A program made the translations under genes and the position numbers. Positions 31,004 through 40,171 of a stretch of 64,000 nt of DNA are shown one piece after another. Source of the stretch: Candidatus Kapaibacterium sp. (GTDB taxonomy: Bacteria > Bacteroidota > Ignavibacteria > Kapaibacteriales > UBA2268). Below the pieces are notes generated by a model, which was not told the origin of the DNA, searched no databases, and saw nothing but the letters and a program-made list of their open reading frames with translations. Position 1 is the first letter of the stretch; every line of letters starts with the position of its first letter. The stretch covers positions 1,536,001 to 1,600,000 of the forward strand of contig OY761611.1 in the NCBI GenBank assembly GCA_963664875.1, read 5' to 3'.

Positions 31004-33235
31004 ATGGCAAAACCAATGATAGATAAAGACTCAAAAATTTTTAAAGGACTCAATGCAGCACAAGCTGAAGCTGTAGCACATATCAACGGACCATTGCTGG
31101 TCGTTGCGGGTGCCGGCTCAGGTAAAACTCGTGTGCTTACGCATAGAATAGCTTGGCTCCTTGAAAATAACATTAAGCCATGGAATATACTTGCTCTCAC
31201 TTTCACTAATAAAGCTGCAGCCGAAATGGTAGAGCGAATATCCGGCATCGCTACACCTGAGGACGCATCAAAAATATGGGCAGGCACTTTTCACAGTATT
31301 TTCGCCAAAATCCTAAGATTTGAAGCAAAAGTATTGGGTTATACTTCCTCTTTCTCTATCTATGACTCTGATGACAGCCTTTCTTTACTAAAAAAAATAA
31401 TGAAAAGACTGGGTGTAGATACCAAGCAGACTAATCCTAATATGGTACGCTCGATCATTTCCTCAAACAAGAACAATATGAAATCTGCAGCAGAATATTC
31501 ACGAGAGGCTGCTTCAGGAAAAGAAAAACTAATTGCAATGCTTTATGACAATTACGAAAGAGACATAAGAGCAAATAATGCGATGGATTTTGACGATTTG
31601 CTGTTGAATATGATTCGTTTGCTGGAAAAATCTCAAGATATGCTTGATAAATATCAGGACAAATTTAGATATATTCTCGTCGATGAGTATCAGGATACTA
31701 ACAGAGCTCAATATGTGGTCATCAATAAACTTGCCAACAGATACAGAAATATCTGTGTTGTCGGCGATGATGCTCAATCAATTTACAAATGGCGCGGTGC
31801 AGATATTCGTAATATACTCGATTTCCAAAAAGACTACCACGATGGAAAAGTTGTTCGACTTGAACAGAATTACCGCTCAACTAAAACAATAATAGAAGCT
31901 GCCGATTCTGTTATAGCTCATAATAAAAACCAAATACCCAAAAAGCTATGGACAGAAAATGTTGATGGTGAAAAAATACATGTACTCGCCTCAGCTGACG
32001 ACAAAAAAGAAGCAGAATTGATTGCCTCAATTATCAGTACAAATCTTAAGCATGGTTTTACCATGAAAGACTTTGCCGTGCTTTACAGAACTAATGCACA
32101 GTCGATGCAATTAGAAAATCATTTCCGCAGAAATGGGCTCAAATACGACATTATAGGTGGCGTGTCATTCTATAAACGCAAAGAGATAAAAGATGCTCTT
32201 GCCTATATAAAAATCCTGATAAATCCCAAAGATTCTGAATCATTTATGCGGGTAGTTAATGAACCACCCAGAGGAATTGGGACAACTACTTTGGAAAACA
32301 TAAGACAGTTTGGTCTGGATAGAGGCATGGATTTTTATGATGCTTTTATGGCAGCAGAGCTCAATCCATTATTGAAAAAACGTGCTATTTTGTCTGTCAA
32401 GGAGTTCGCAGCTCTTATCCAAACATACGTAGGTCAGAAAGAGAAGCTCAAACCTGCAGAACTGATAATCAAATACATAGAAGCAACCGGTTTGCTGAAA
32501 ATGTATGAAGAAATCGGCACTGAAGAATCAAAAGACCGCTGGAACAACGTGCAGCAGTTACTTTCTGACATTTCCTCATATTTCAGAGTAAATCCTGACA
32601 ATACTTTGGAAGAGTATATGCAGCAGGTTGCTTTGATTACAGATTTGGACACGACAGAGTTCGGCAAAGAAAAAGTAACACTAATGACCGTCCATGCAGC
32701 CAAAGGTTTGGAGTTCCCTGTCGTTTTTGTAGCCGGCTTGGAAAAAGGACTTTTTCCGCTCGGAAAATCTGATGAAATAACCGAAGATTTGGAAGAAGAG
32801 CGCCGATTATTTTATGTTGCAGTTACTCGAGCAGAGCAAAAACTGTTTTTATCCTATGCACAAAAAAGAATGAGATTTGGTGAAACCTCTTACCAGATTC
32901 CTTCGCTCTTTTTAGATGAAATAAATTTGGAATTACTGGATTGGAAAATCAAAGAAGTTCCGAAAAATAAATTTGTTGCTCCTGCAAAACCACAAAGAGA
33001 TACCGGCTTTTTCAACGACATTCCTCCTCAGGAAGATTACTCTCAGGTGCCGAGACAGACCCCTGTAAAAGAGATAAAATTAAACATAGGCGACAGAGTA
33101 ATGCACCCTGTATTTGGCGAGGGGCAAATTTCCGGAATGACCGGTTTAGGAACTCAAAGAAAAGTTATAGTCAATTTCAAAAACGTCGGCAAAAAAACAC
33201 TTATGCTTAAGTTTGCTAAGCTTTCTAAAGCCTAA
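31004..33235 (+). CDS. pcrA: ATP-dependent DNA helicase PcrA/UvrD
   Basis: AGAGSGKT, LTFTNKAA, VDEYQDTN, GDDAQSIY, LEQNYRST, MTVHAAKGLEF, EERRLFYVAVTRA and C-terminal Tudor-like domain. Confidence 0.95.
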   Translation: MAKPMIDKDSKIFKGLNAAQAEAVAHINGPLLVVAGAGSGKTRVLTHRIAWLLENNIKPWNILALTFTNKAAAEMVERISGIATPEDASKIWAGTFHSIFAKILRFEAKVLGYTSSFSIYDSDDSLSLLKKIMKRLGVDTKQTNPNMVRSIISSNKNNMKSAAEYSREAASGKEKLIAMLYDNYERDIRANNAMDFDDLLLNMIRLLEKSQDMLDKYQDKFRYILVDEYQDTNRAQYVVINKLANRYRNICVVGDDAQSIYKWRGADIRNILDFQKDYHDGKVVRLEQNYRSTKTIIEAADSVIAHNKNQIPKKLWTENVDGEKIHVLASADDKKEAELIASIISTNLKHGFTMKDFAVLYRTNAQSMQLENHFRRNGLKYDIIGGVSFYKRKEIKDALAYIKILINPKDSESFMRVVNEPPRGIGTTTLENIRQFGLDRGMDFYDAFMAAELNPLLKKRAILSVKEFAALIQTYVGQKEKLKPAELIIKYIEATGLLKMYEEIGTEESKDRWNNVQQLLSDISSYFRVNPDNTLEEYMQQVALITDLDTTEFGKEKVTLMTVHAAKGLEFPVVFVAGLEKGLFPLGKSDEITEDLEEERRLFYVAVTRAEQKLFLSYAQKRMRFGETSYQIPSLFLDEINLELLDWKIKEVPKNKFVAPAKPQRDTGFFNDIPPQEDYSQVPRQTPVKEIKLNIGDRVMHPVFGEGQISGMTGLGTQRKVIVNFKNVGKKTLMLKFAKLSKA

Positions 33236-33262
33236 TATTTAGCTTACTTTACTGCCCCCTTC

Positions 33263-33299
33263 TCGCTACTCATTTAATAAAGCAATTAGTAGCGATTTT
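33263..33299 (+). terminator. Intrinsic terminator
   Basis: TCGCTACT/AGTAGCGA stem followed by TTTT. Confidence 0.5.
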
Positions 33300-33397
33300 G
33301 CTATTTGTAACTTATACTATTTATTGTTTCTATAAGTCATATAAAAGAGCGAAATTGCATAGATATATCTGAAACATATTTTTTCTTAAGGATTTGC

Positions 33398-34468
33398 ATG
33401 TCTAACAAACTTTTTATAAAAGATCTCGGCTTCAACGATTTAGAACAGTATTTGGTCGATATGGGCGAAAAAAAATTCCGTGCCAAGCAGATAATGGACG
33501 AAATTTATTTACGCAGAATTGACAATTTCAAAGATGCTACCACTTTACCGGCAGAGCTTCGCGACAGATTAGATGAGTATTTTGAGATTAATTCTATATC
33601 TATTTCTAAAAAGAGAATAAGCAAAGATGGCTCGGTCAAATACTTGTTTTCATTGAAAGACAACTACAGTGTGGAAGCTGTTTATATGCCATGGTTCGAC
33701 GAATCGGGCGAAAATATCGAAAGAGTCTCGCTGTGCATATCTTCTATGGCAGGTTGCCCCGTGGGTTGTGCATTTTGTGCAACCGGCACTCTGGGTTTCC
33801 AAAGAAATCTATCTGCTGCAGAAATTATAGACCAAATCCTTTTAGTAGAAAAAGATTTGAACTGTAAGATAAAGAACATTGTATATATGGGCATGGGCGA
33901 ACCGCTCATGAATTACAACAATGTTGTAAAATCTATTGAGATAATGGCTGATGACAGAATCAAGCTGATATCGAGAAAAAGAATTACTCTCTCTACTTCC
34001 GGAGTAGCTCCACGAGTAAAACAGCTAGCGAAAGAGAAATACCCTGTAAAACTGGCGATTTCTCTTCATGCTACGACTAACGGACTCAGGGAAAAATTGA
34101 TGCCTATATCAAAATCATTTCCTATCCAAAAGCTAATGGACGCTGTCGAGGAATACTACAGAGAAACAAAAATGGGCATTACTTATGAATATATCCTTTT
34201 TGAAGGACTAAACGACACAGATGAAGACATAAAGAGACTCACAAAAATTGCAAGAAGAGTCCCTTCAAGAGTAAACGTAATCCCTTTTAACGATATTTCT
34301 TTCACAGGAGCAGATGGTTTTGTGAAAGAACTGAAGCCTGCAAGCAAGGAAAACATGAAACGTTTTGCTGATAAGCTAAGACAAAACAAGATTCCTGTGA
34401 TTCTTAGAGATACTTTCGGTAGCGATATTGAAGCAGCTTGCGGCCAGTTAGCCTTGTCTGAAGAATAA
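33398..34468 (+). CDS. rlmN: 23S rRNA (adenine-C2)-methyltransferase, radical SAM
   Basis: CPVGCAFC, MGMGEP, LAISLHA, DIEAACGQL. Confidence 0.96.
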   Translation: MSNKLFIKDLGFNDLEQYLVDMGEKKFRAKQIMDEIYLRRIDNFKDATTLPAELRDRLDEYFEINSISISKKRISKDGSVKYLFSLKDNYSVEAVYMPWFDESGENIERVSLCISSMAGCPVGCAFCATGTLGFQRNLSAAEIIDQILLVEKDLNCKIKNIVYMGMGEPLMNYNNVVKSIEIMADDRIKLISRKRITLSTSGVAPRVKQLAKEKYPVKLAISLHATTNGLREKLMPISKSFPIQKLMDAVEEYYRETKMGITYEYILFEGLNDTDEDIKRLTKIARRVPSRVNVIPFNDISFTGADGFVKELKPASKENMKRFADKLRQNKIPVILRDTFGSDIEAACGQLALSEE

Positions 34469-34571
34469 AGTGCGAAATCATTTGTAGAGAGTATGCTTCT
34501 ATAACTTTTGCAATGCTCTCGCCGCTTTATCTCATAAGAAAACTTTTTGTACAAACAGCACGGGAAAAAAA

Positions 34572-35480
34572 ATGAAGTACTTTGCTATTATTCTCTTTTT
34601 TATAGCTTCTTTTATTTCTTCTTATGCCTTAGAAGCCTTGCCAAGAGATTTGATGCTTGGCGAGGATTATACATACGTGATTCGTATGAAAAATGGCGAT
34701 GTAATGACGGGTTCAATCGTAGAATTTAAAAATAGCCCCGAAAAAGGTGAAGGTTTCAGATTTCAGATGGAAATTGGAACTGCCACATTCTACGCTGAAC
34801 AAATAAAAGAAATCAATCTAAAAGAAGATAATTACCGCCATGACAGCAGAGTATTTCTACTCCCTACTGCAAAAGCTATCAAAAACAACCACTACATTGG
34901 TGCGTTTGAGCTACTTTTTTTCAATGCGGGGTTTGGCATTACTGATTATGTTTCAGTTATGATTGGAAGGAGCGTGCTGCCTTTTATCAATGGGAATGAC
35001 CAAATCACAAATTTTGATGCAAAAGTTACATTCTACGATGAAAAGTTTGAAGATTATGACGGCAGCATGGCTCTTGCAGTTGGTAGTAACCTTGCTTTCA
35101 TCAATCACAACAACAGATTGATACATGCCTACGCTGTGGCTACATTTACAGGTGCGAAATCCAGAATGACGGGAAATATTTATTACAAGGCCGGCAGTGC
35201 CGACTACTACGATGTTCGGTTCAGAGATGAGTTGCTCGATCTGCAATATGCCGACGGAGCTTTTGGTATAGGTCTTGGAGTTGATACTAAGTTTGACAGC
35301 TGGCAAGGTGTCCACTTTATAGGCGAACTTTGGAATAACAATGTCGAAAAACCAACAAACACAGGTGTTTTGCTTGGCGTAAGGCTTTGCAATACTGAGT
35401 TTGCAGCAGACTTTGGTTTTGCATTCTCCACTGCTCCTTTTGTCGCCCCGTTTGCAAGCTTTGTTTGGACTATGTTTTAG
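34572..35480 (+). CDS. Putative outer-membrane beta-barrel protein
   Basis: Signal peptide, small N-terminal VIRMKNGDVMTGSI domain, amphipathic strands, C-terminal Phe (ASFVWTMF). Confidence 0.65.
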   Translation: MKYFAIILFFIASFISSYALEALPRDLMLGEDYTYVIRMKNGDVMTGSIVEFKNSPEKGEGFRFQMEIGTATFYAEQIKEINLKEDNYRHDSRVFLLPTAKAIKNNHYIGAFELLFFNAGFGITDYVSVMIGRSVLPFINGNDQITNFDAKVTFYDEKFEDYDGSMALAVGSNLAFINHNNRLIHAYAVATFTGAKSRMTGNIYYKAGSADYYDVRFRDELLDLQYADGAFGIGLGVDTKFDSWQGVHFIGELWNNNVEKPTNTGVLLGVRLCNTEFAADFGFAFSTAPFVAPFASFVWTMF

Positions 35481-35486
35481 TTATTT

Positions 35487-35771
35487 ATGGAACAGAAAAT
35501 CAACATAGAAAAACTATGCACTCTATCAGGTCTCGATCCAAATTTAGAGAATTTGGAGAAACTTACTTCTGCTCTCGTGCATAATTTGAAAATAGTTTCT
35601 GTACTTAATACCGACAAGATACACAACCCCTCTGAATTCAGCATTGCAGATATTGATGGCAATGATTTAGAAGACAATGACAATCCCAAAACATTCGAAA
35701 ATGTAGAAGCACTTAGAAAAGAATTCCCTAATAGAGAAGGTAACGAGCTAAAAATCAAAAAAGTCTTATAG
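35487..35771 (+). CDS. GatC-like protein (Asp/Glu-tRNA amidotransferase subunit C), divergent
   Basis: 94 aa. IEKLCTLSGL start and ...FPNREGNELKIKKVL end resemble GatC (APxxxxxxFxVPKVI). Confidence 0.55.
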   Translation: MEQKINIEKLCTLSGLDPNLENLEKLTSALVHNLKIVSVLNTDKIHNPSEFSIADIDGNDLEDNDNPKTFENVEALRKEFPNREGNELKIKKVL

Positions 35772-35911
35772 CATACACAGAATATCAAGCCATACCTTTG
35801 TACTACCCAAGTATAGAAATCATTCCCTAATATCAAAACTAAGAACAAAATAAAAATGTAAAATATTTGTCAATTAGCTATGGCTAAATGATGTAATATT
35901 TGGAGACAACG

Positions 35912-36691
35912 ATGAAGTATTTTATTATCCTTTTTGCACTTTTTTTTAGTGCCTCGCTATTGGCTCAGGAAGAAAACGGAAGCGATCTTGTTGATTTTAA
36001 ACTTTTCTTATATCAACATGATGAAAACACTAAAACAATAACTATTGCTGCAGAATTTACTATGGAAAAGCACTGGCATACCTACTGGATCAATCCCGGA
36101 GATGCAGGCTTACCAACCTATGTAGATTGGCAGTTGCCTGATAATATCAAACTTGTTTCAGAAAATTGGCCTTATCCTGAAAAAATTCCTTTTGCAGATA
36201 TGGCAAATTTCGGATATGAAAATGTAACAGCTGCTTTTTTTACTTTTAAATACGATGGCAAAGCTGATTTTAGTAAAATCTCTGCAAAAGCCTCATGGCT
36301 GGTTTGCAAAGAAAAATGTCTGCCGGGTTCGGCAGATGCCAATCTAACAACTGATACAGATGCCAAGAAAAAATCTGAGCTTGCTTCTTTTGAGAGCAAA
36401 CTGCCAATAAAGACTAATACAAAAGGTAGTTTCAGACAAGATGGGGAAAGACTTATAGTTACTTTGGAAATGCCTGCACTTTCTGATGCAAAGATATTTC
36501 CTGTAAATGAAGGCATTTTTGAAAATGCTAAAGATGCAATTTTGCAACGTGATGCTGACGGTTTTACATTTACACTATTCCTTTCTGATTTCAGAGTAGA
36601 AGATCCTAATCAGTTCGAATTACTTATAATTAGCAATGAACTTCTCAAATCATACGGTAAAGAATCAATTATTGTCAAACTAAATAAATAA
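35912..36691 (+). CDS. DsbD N-terminal (protein-disulfide reductase) domain protein
   Basis: Signal peptide, WHTYWINPGDAGLP, WLVCKEKCLPG. Confidence 0.88.
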   Translation: MKYFIILFALFFSASLLAQEENGSDLVDFKLFLYQHDENTKTITIAAEFTMEKHWHTYWINPGDAGLPTYVDWQLPDNIKLVSENWPYPEKIPFADMANFGYENVTAAFFTFKYDGKADFSKISAKASWLVCKEKCLPGSADANLTTDTDAKKKSELASFESKLPIKTNTKGSFRQDGERLIVTLEMPALSDAKIFPVNEGIFENAKDAILQRDADGFTFTLFLSDFRVEDPNQFELLIISNELLKSYGKESIIVKLNK

Positions 36692-36703
36692 AGGAGTTTT
36701 GAT

Positions 36704-37330
36704 ATGATAAAACACTTCAAATCAATTGCTATCGCACTAATCGCAATCTTTGCTTTCTCAGTGGCTTATGCCGTTGTCCCGGGTAAAGCTAAAATAAATG
36801 AAACTGCCCCTGTTTTTACTCTAAAAGACAGTAACGGCAAAGAGCATAATCTCTCCGATTTCAAAGGAAAAATTGTTGTTTTGGAATGGATTAACTTTGA
36901 TTGTCCTTTTGTCAAAAAGCACTATGACGGCAACAATATGCAGTCGTTGCAAAAAAAATATACCGATAAAGGAGTTATTTGGCTCTCGATATGTTCATCT
37001 GCAGAAGGGCAACAAGGAAATTTCGATAATTCTGAAATAAACAAACGCATCAAAGACAAAAAAGCAGCTATGACAGCTTATCTGATTGACGAAACAGGCG
37101 AAGTAGGCGGGCTATATTCAGCAAAAACTACTCCGCACATGTATGTCATAGACAAAAGTGGAAAACTTGTTTATGCAGGAGCTATTGACGATAAAAAGTC
37201 AACTGACCCGGAAGATACTAAAAACTCTAAAAACTATGTTGCTGCTGCATTAGATGAACTATTAGCCGGCAAAGCGGTTTCAGAAGCAGTAACTACTCCT
37301 TACGGTTGCTCAGTAAAATATAAAAAATAG
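36704..37330 (+). CDS. Periplasmic thioredoxin/redoxin (AhpC-TSA) family protein
   Basis: VLEWINFDCPFVKKHY, AKTTPHMYVID, YAGAIDD, PYGCSVKY. Confidence 0.9.
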   Translation: MIKHFKSIAIALIAIFAFSVAYAVVPGKAKINETAPVFTLKDSNGKEHNLSDFKGKIVVLEWINFDCPFVKKHYDGNNMQSLQKKYTDKGVIWLSICSSAEGQQGNFDNSEINKRIKDKKAAMTAYLIDETGEVGGLYSAKTTPHMYVIDKSGKLVYAGAIDDKKSTDPEDTKNSKNYVAAALDELLAGKAVSEAVTTPYGCSVKYKK

Positions 37331-37380
37331 CCCAATTTACTAATGACTGTTTTCGTAGATATTTTCTACGGAATAAATAC

Positions 37381-37428
37381 AAAAAACATCCGCCTGCAGG
37401 ACTATAATTACCGGCAGGCGGATGTTTA
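37381..37428. terminator. Bidirectional intrinsic terminator
   Basis: AACATCCGCCTGC/GCAGGCGGATGTT 13-bp stem with flanking A/T tracts, between convergent genes. Confidence 0.85.
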
Positions 37429-37453
37429 ATTATATCGATAAGTCGAAAAAGGA

Positions 37454-38653
37454 TTAGTCTAATTCTTTTACAACTTTAGTGATTCTTTCGATTGCCCAGT
37501 CGATTTCTTCTTTAGTGATTACCAAAGGAGGAGCAAAACGGATAATATTTTCGTGTGTTTCTTTGCATAGGATACCTTCCTGCATCAATTTTTCGCAGTA
37601 AGGACGTGCTTTTCTATCTAAAACAAAACCAATCCAAAGACCACGACCACGAACTTCAGTAATGTGAGCGCTATCGATAGCACGAAGTTGCTCAACGAAG
37701 TAATTACCTAATTCAAAAGATTTTTCAACTAATTTTTCTTCTTCGATTACTTCCAAAGCTCTGATAGCAACAGCAGCACCAAGAGGGTTACCACCGAAAG
37801 TAGAACCATGTTCGCCCGGTTTGATAACACCCATGATTGGTTCGTCAGCTAAAATACCTGATACAGGATAGAAGCCACCGGAAAGAGCTTTACCAACGAT
37901 TACGATGTCAGGGCGTACTTCTTCGTAGTAGTGAGCAAAAAGTTTACCACTTCTGCCAAGACCAGCCTGAATTTCGTCGCAGATAAACAGAATGTTATTT
38001 GCTTTACAAATTTCTGCGATACCTTTCAAGTAACCGTCAGGAGGAATAACCACACCACCTTCACCTTGGATTGGCTCAACCAAAACAGCGCAAGTGTTAG
38101 GAGTGATTTTAGATTTAAGATCTTCTAAATTGCCGTATTCGTGCATTGGGAATGCTTCTTTGCAGTAAGGACCGAAGCCTTTGAAAGAAGAAGGATCATC
38201 AGAGAAACCAACGATAGTTGAAGTACGACCGTGGAAGTTACCTGTAGCAACAACGATTTCAGCAGTATCTTCTTTCAAGCCTTTTACATCATAAGCCCAA
38301 CGACGAGCAACTTTGATTGCAGATTCTACTGCTTCAGCGCCTGAGTTCATAGGCAAGAAGTTACCGTAACCTGTCATTTCATTGATTTTTTTGTAAAGCA
38401 TAGGCAATTTGTCATTACGGAACGCACGGCTTGTCAAAGTTACTTTTTCAACCTGTTCCAAAAATGCTTTTTTGATTTCAGGGTGGCAGTGACCTTGGTT
38501 TACAGCAGAGTAAGCAGCCAAGCAATCCAAATATTTTTTGCCTTCTACATCTTCTACCCAGATGCCTTGAGCTTTAGTAACTACTACGTCTAATGGGTGA
38601 TAATTATGGGCACCCAACTTATTTTCTATATCGATAAACTCTTGAGTTTTCAT
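37454..38653 (-). CDS. rocD: Ornithine--oxo-acid aminotransferase
   Basis: GAHNYHPL, YSAVNQGHCHP, TLTSRAF, EPIQGEGG, DEIQAGLGRSG, GKALSGG, PGEHGSTFGGNPL. Confidence 0.96.
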   Translation of the reverse strand: MKTQEFIDIENKLGAHNYHPLDVVVTKAQGIWVEDVEGKKYLDCLAAYSAVNQGHCHPEIKKAFLEQVEKVTLTSRAFRNDKLPMLYKKINEMTGYGNFLPMNSGAEAVESAIKVARRWAYDVKGLKEDTAEIVVATGNFHGRTSTIVGFSDDPSSFKGFGPYCKEAFPMHEYGNLEDLKSKITPNTCAVLVEPIQGEGGVVIPPDGYLKGIAEICKANNILFICDEIQAGLGRSGKLFAHYYEEVRPDIVIVGKALSGGFYPVSGILADEPIMGVIKPGEHGSTFGGNPLGAAVAIRALEVIEEEKLVEKSFELGNYFVEQLRAIDSAHITEVRGRGLWIGFVLDRKARPYCEKLMQEGILCKETHENIIRFAPPLVITKEEIDWAIERITKVVKELD

Positions 38654-38692
38654 GGAATATATCCCTTACAATAGAATATTTGTTTAAAAATA

Positions 38693-39085
38693 GAATTATT
38701 TATCTTAGCCGCAAGCAAAAGCATGCGCTTGCACTTGTGCTAATATCCGATAGACTTGTATTCTTGACTATCCTACTTCTCTTCGGCGTTGCTCAGTGTA
38801 AACTTTAGCTCAGCCAAAACTACTTTGTATGCCAGCCTTTATTCAGATAAGCATATATCCTGAAAAGGATTTGTACATTCTGCAAAAATAGAGAACGAGG
38901 TATGGAGAAAAGCGTTCTTTTTTCTTTTTCTTTGGTTTCCGTTTCTTTTGCTTTTTTATCGCAAAAAAAAGAAAAAGAAATGGAAAAAGCTTTGCCAATC
39001 TCTTATCTAAATCACGAACAAATGCGAATTATTTATCTTAGCAGCAAGCAAAAGCATGCGGCTGGAATTGTGCTAATATCCGATA
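38693..39085. repeat. Composite intergenic element: two 60-bp hairpin-forming direct repeats (38693-38752, 39026-39085) flanking a long T/A-rich inverted repeat
   Basis: Copies match at 55/60 positions by manual alignment. Internal TTAGC/GCTAA and GCAAGC/GCTTGC stems. TTTCCGTTTCTTTT...AAAAGAAATGGAAA hairpin near 38936-38987. Confidence 0.85.
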
Positions 39086-39117
39086 AATACAAGTTTCTAT
39101 AAAAAATATCGGACAAA

Positions 39118-40032
39118 TTACATATTATCGAAAAGCATTGTGAGCAATGCCATTCTAATCAAAAGACCATTTTTGCTCTGTCTGAAATATGCTGCACGAG
39201 GATCGCTATCCACTTCCGGGCTAATCTCCACAGAACGTGGTAATGGGTGCATAATTATAGAATCATATTTCATTCTTTGCAAAACAGTCTTATCTATATT
39301 AAATACGGAAAGATCCATATCCTGTTTTGCTAATCTGTCTCTGTTGATTCTTGTTTGGTAAACAACGTCAACTTTTTCGATTATCTCTTCAGTGCTGTTA
39401 GCCAATTTGTACCAAACACCTCTTTCTTCGAGATGCTCAAGTATATCTTGTTTAATCTGCAACTCTTCAGGAGCAATAAAATAGAGTTTTACTCTGTCAA
39501 ATTTGCTAAGCAAATAAGCTAACGAGCGAACAGTACGACCATTATCCAAAGCACCTATGAAAGCAACGGAAAGACCATTTAGAGTTTTACATTCGTTATA
39601 GATTGTAAACAACTCCAAAAGAGCCTGTGTCGGGTGTTGACCGCCAGAACCGTCGCCGGCATTGATGATAGGAACATGTGAAACGGCTGCAGCACGCTTT
39701 GCACCGCCGTCTTCATGGTGGCGAAGAACTATACCATCGCAGTAATTGCTTATGATTTGGATAGTATCTTCCAAGCTTTCCCCTGCAATTTCAGAAGAAA
39801 AGCTCATAGCCTGCTCAGTAGAAAGCACTTTACCACCTAATCTGTACATAGCAGCTTCGAATGAGAAGCGAGTACGTGTAGAAGGTTTGTAAAAAAGAGT
39901 TGCAAGGATTCTATCTGAATAGTCCATAGTGCCGCCTCTTTTTACGATGCGTTCCATTTCATGAGCACGGTCGAAAAGTTCCATAATTCTTGGAACGGAA
40001 AATTGCTGAGATTCTACTATGTGTTTAAACAT
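39118..40032 (-). CDS. Aspartate carbamoyltransferase-like protein (plant-type PyrB homolog) with altered active site
   Basis: PSTRTRFSFE, VLRH, INAGDG, QHPTQALL, GRTVRSLAYLL, VVYQTRI, MHPLPR, DPRAAYFRQ. Key residues differ from canonical ATCase (see findings). Confidence 0.85.
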   Translation of the reverse strand: MFKHIVESQQFSVPRIMELFDRAHEMERIVKRGGTMDYSDRILATLFYKPSTRTRFSFEAAMYRLGGKVLSTEQAMSFSSEIAGESLEDTIQIISNYCDGIVLRHHEDGGAKRAAAVSHVPIINAGDGSGGQHPTQALLELFTIYNECKTLNGLSVAFIGALDNGRTVRSLAYLLSKFDRVKLYFIAPEELQIKQDILEHLEERGVWYKLANSTEEIIEKVDVVYQTRINRDRLAKQDMDLSVFNIDKTVLQRMKYDSIIMHPLPRSVEISPEVDSDPRAAYFRQSKNGLLIRMALLTMLFDNM

Positions 40033-40171
40033 GAGCAACCGCCTTTATATTTAAAATTATTAAGCTCTGTTTTTTTAAATTAAACGAATTAGGTAGCAAT
40101 AAAATATATATATTTTAAAATTGCTGCAAAAAAAACCGAATAATTTTACAAAAACAAGCACATTTAAAACA

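Noticed and set aside
38902-39102. 66-aa ORF in the rocD upstream region
   Set aside because: Low-complexity translation of the T/A-rich hairpin and repeat, antisense to the operon.
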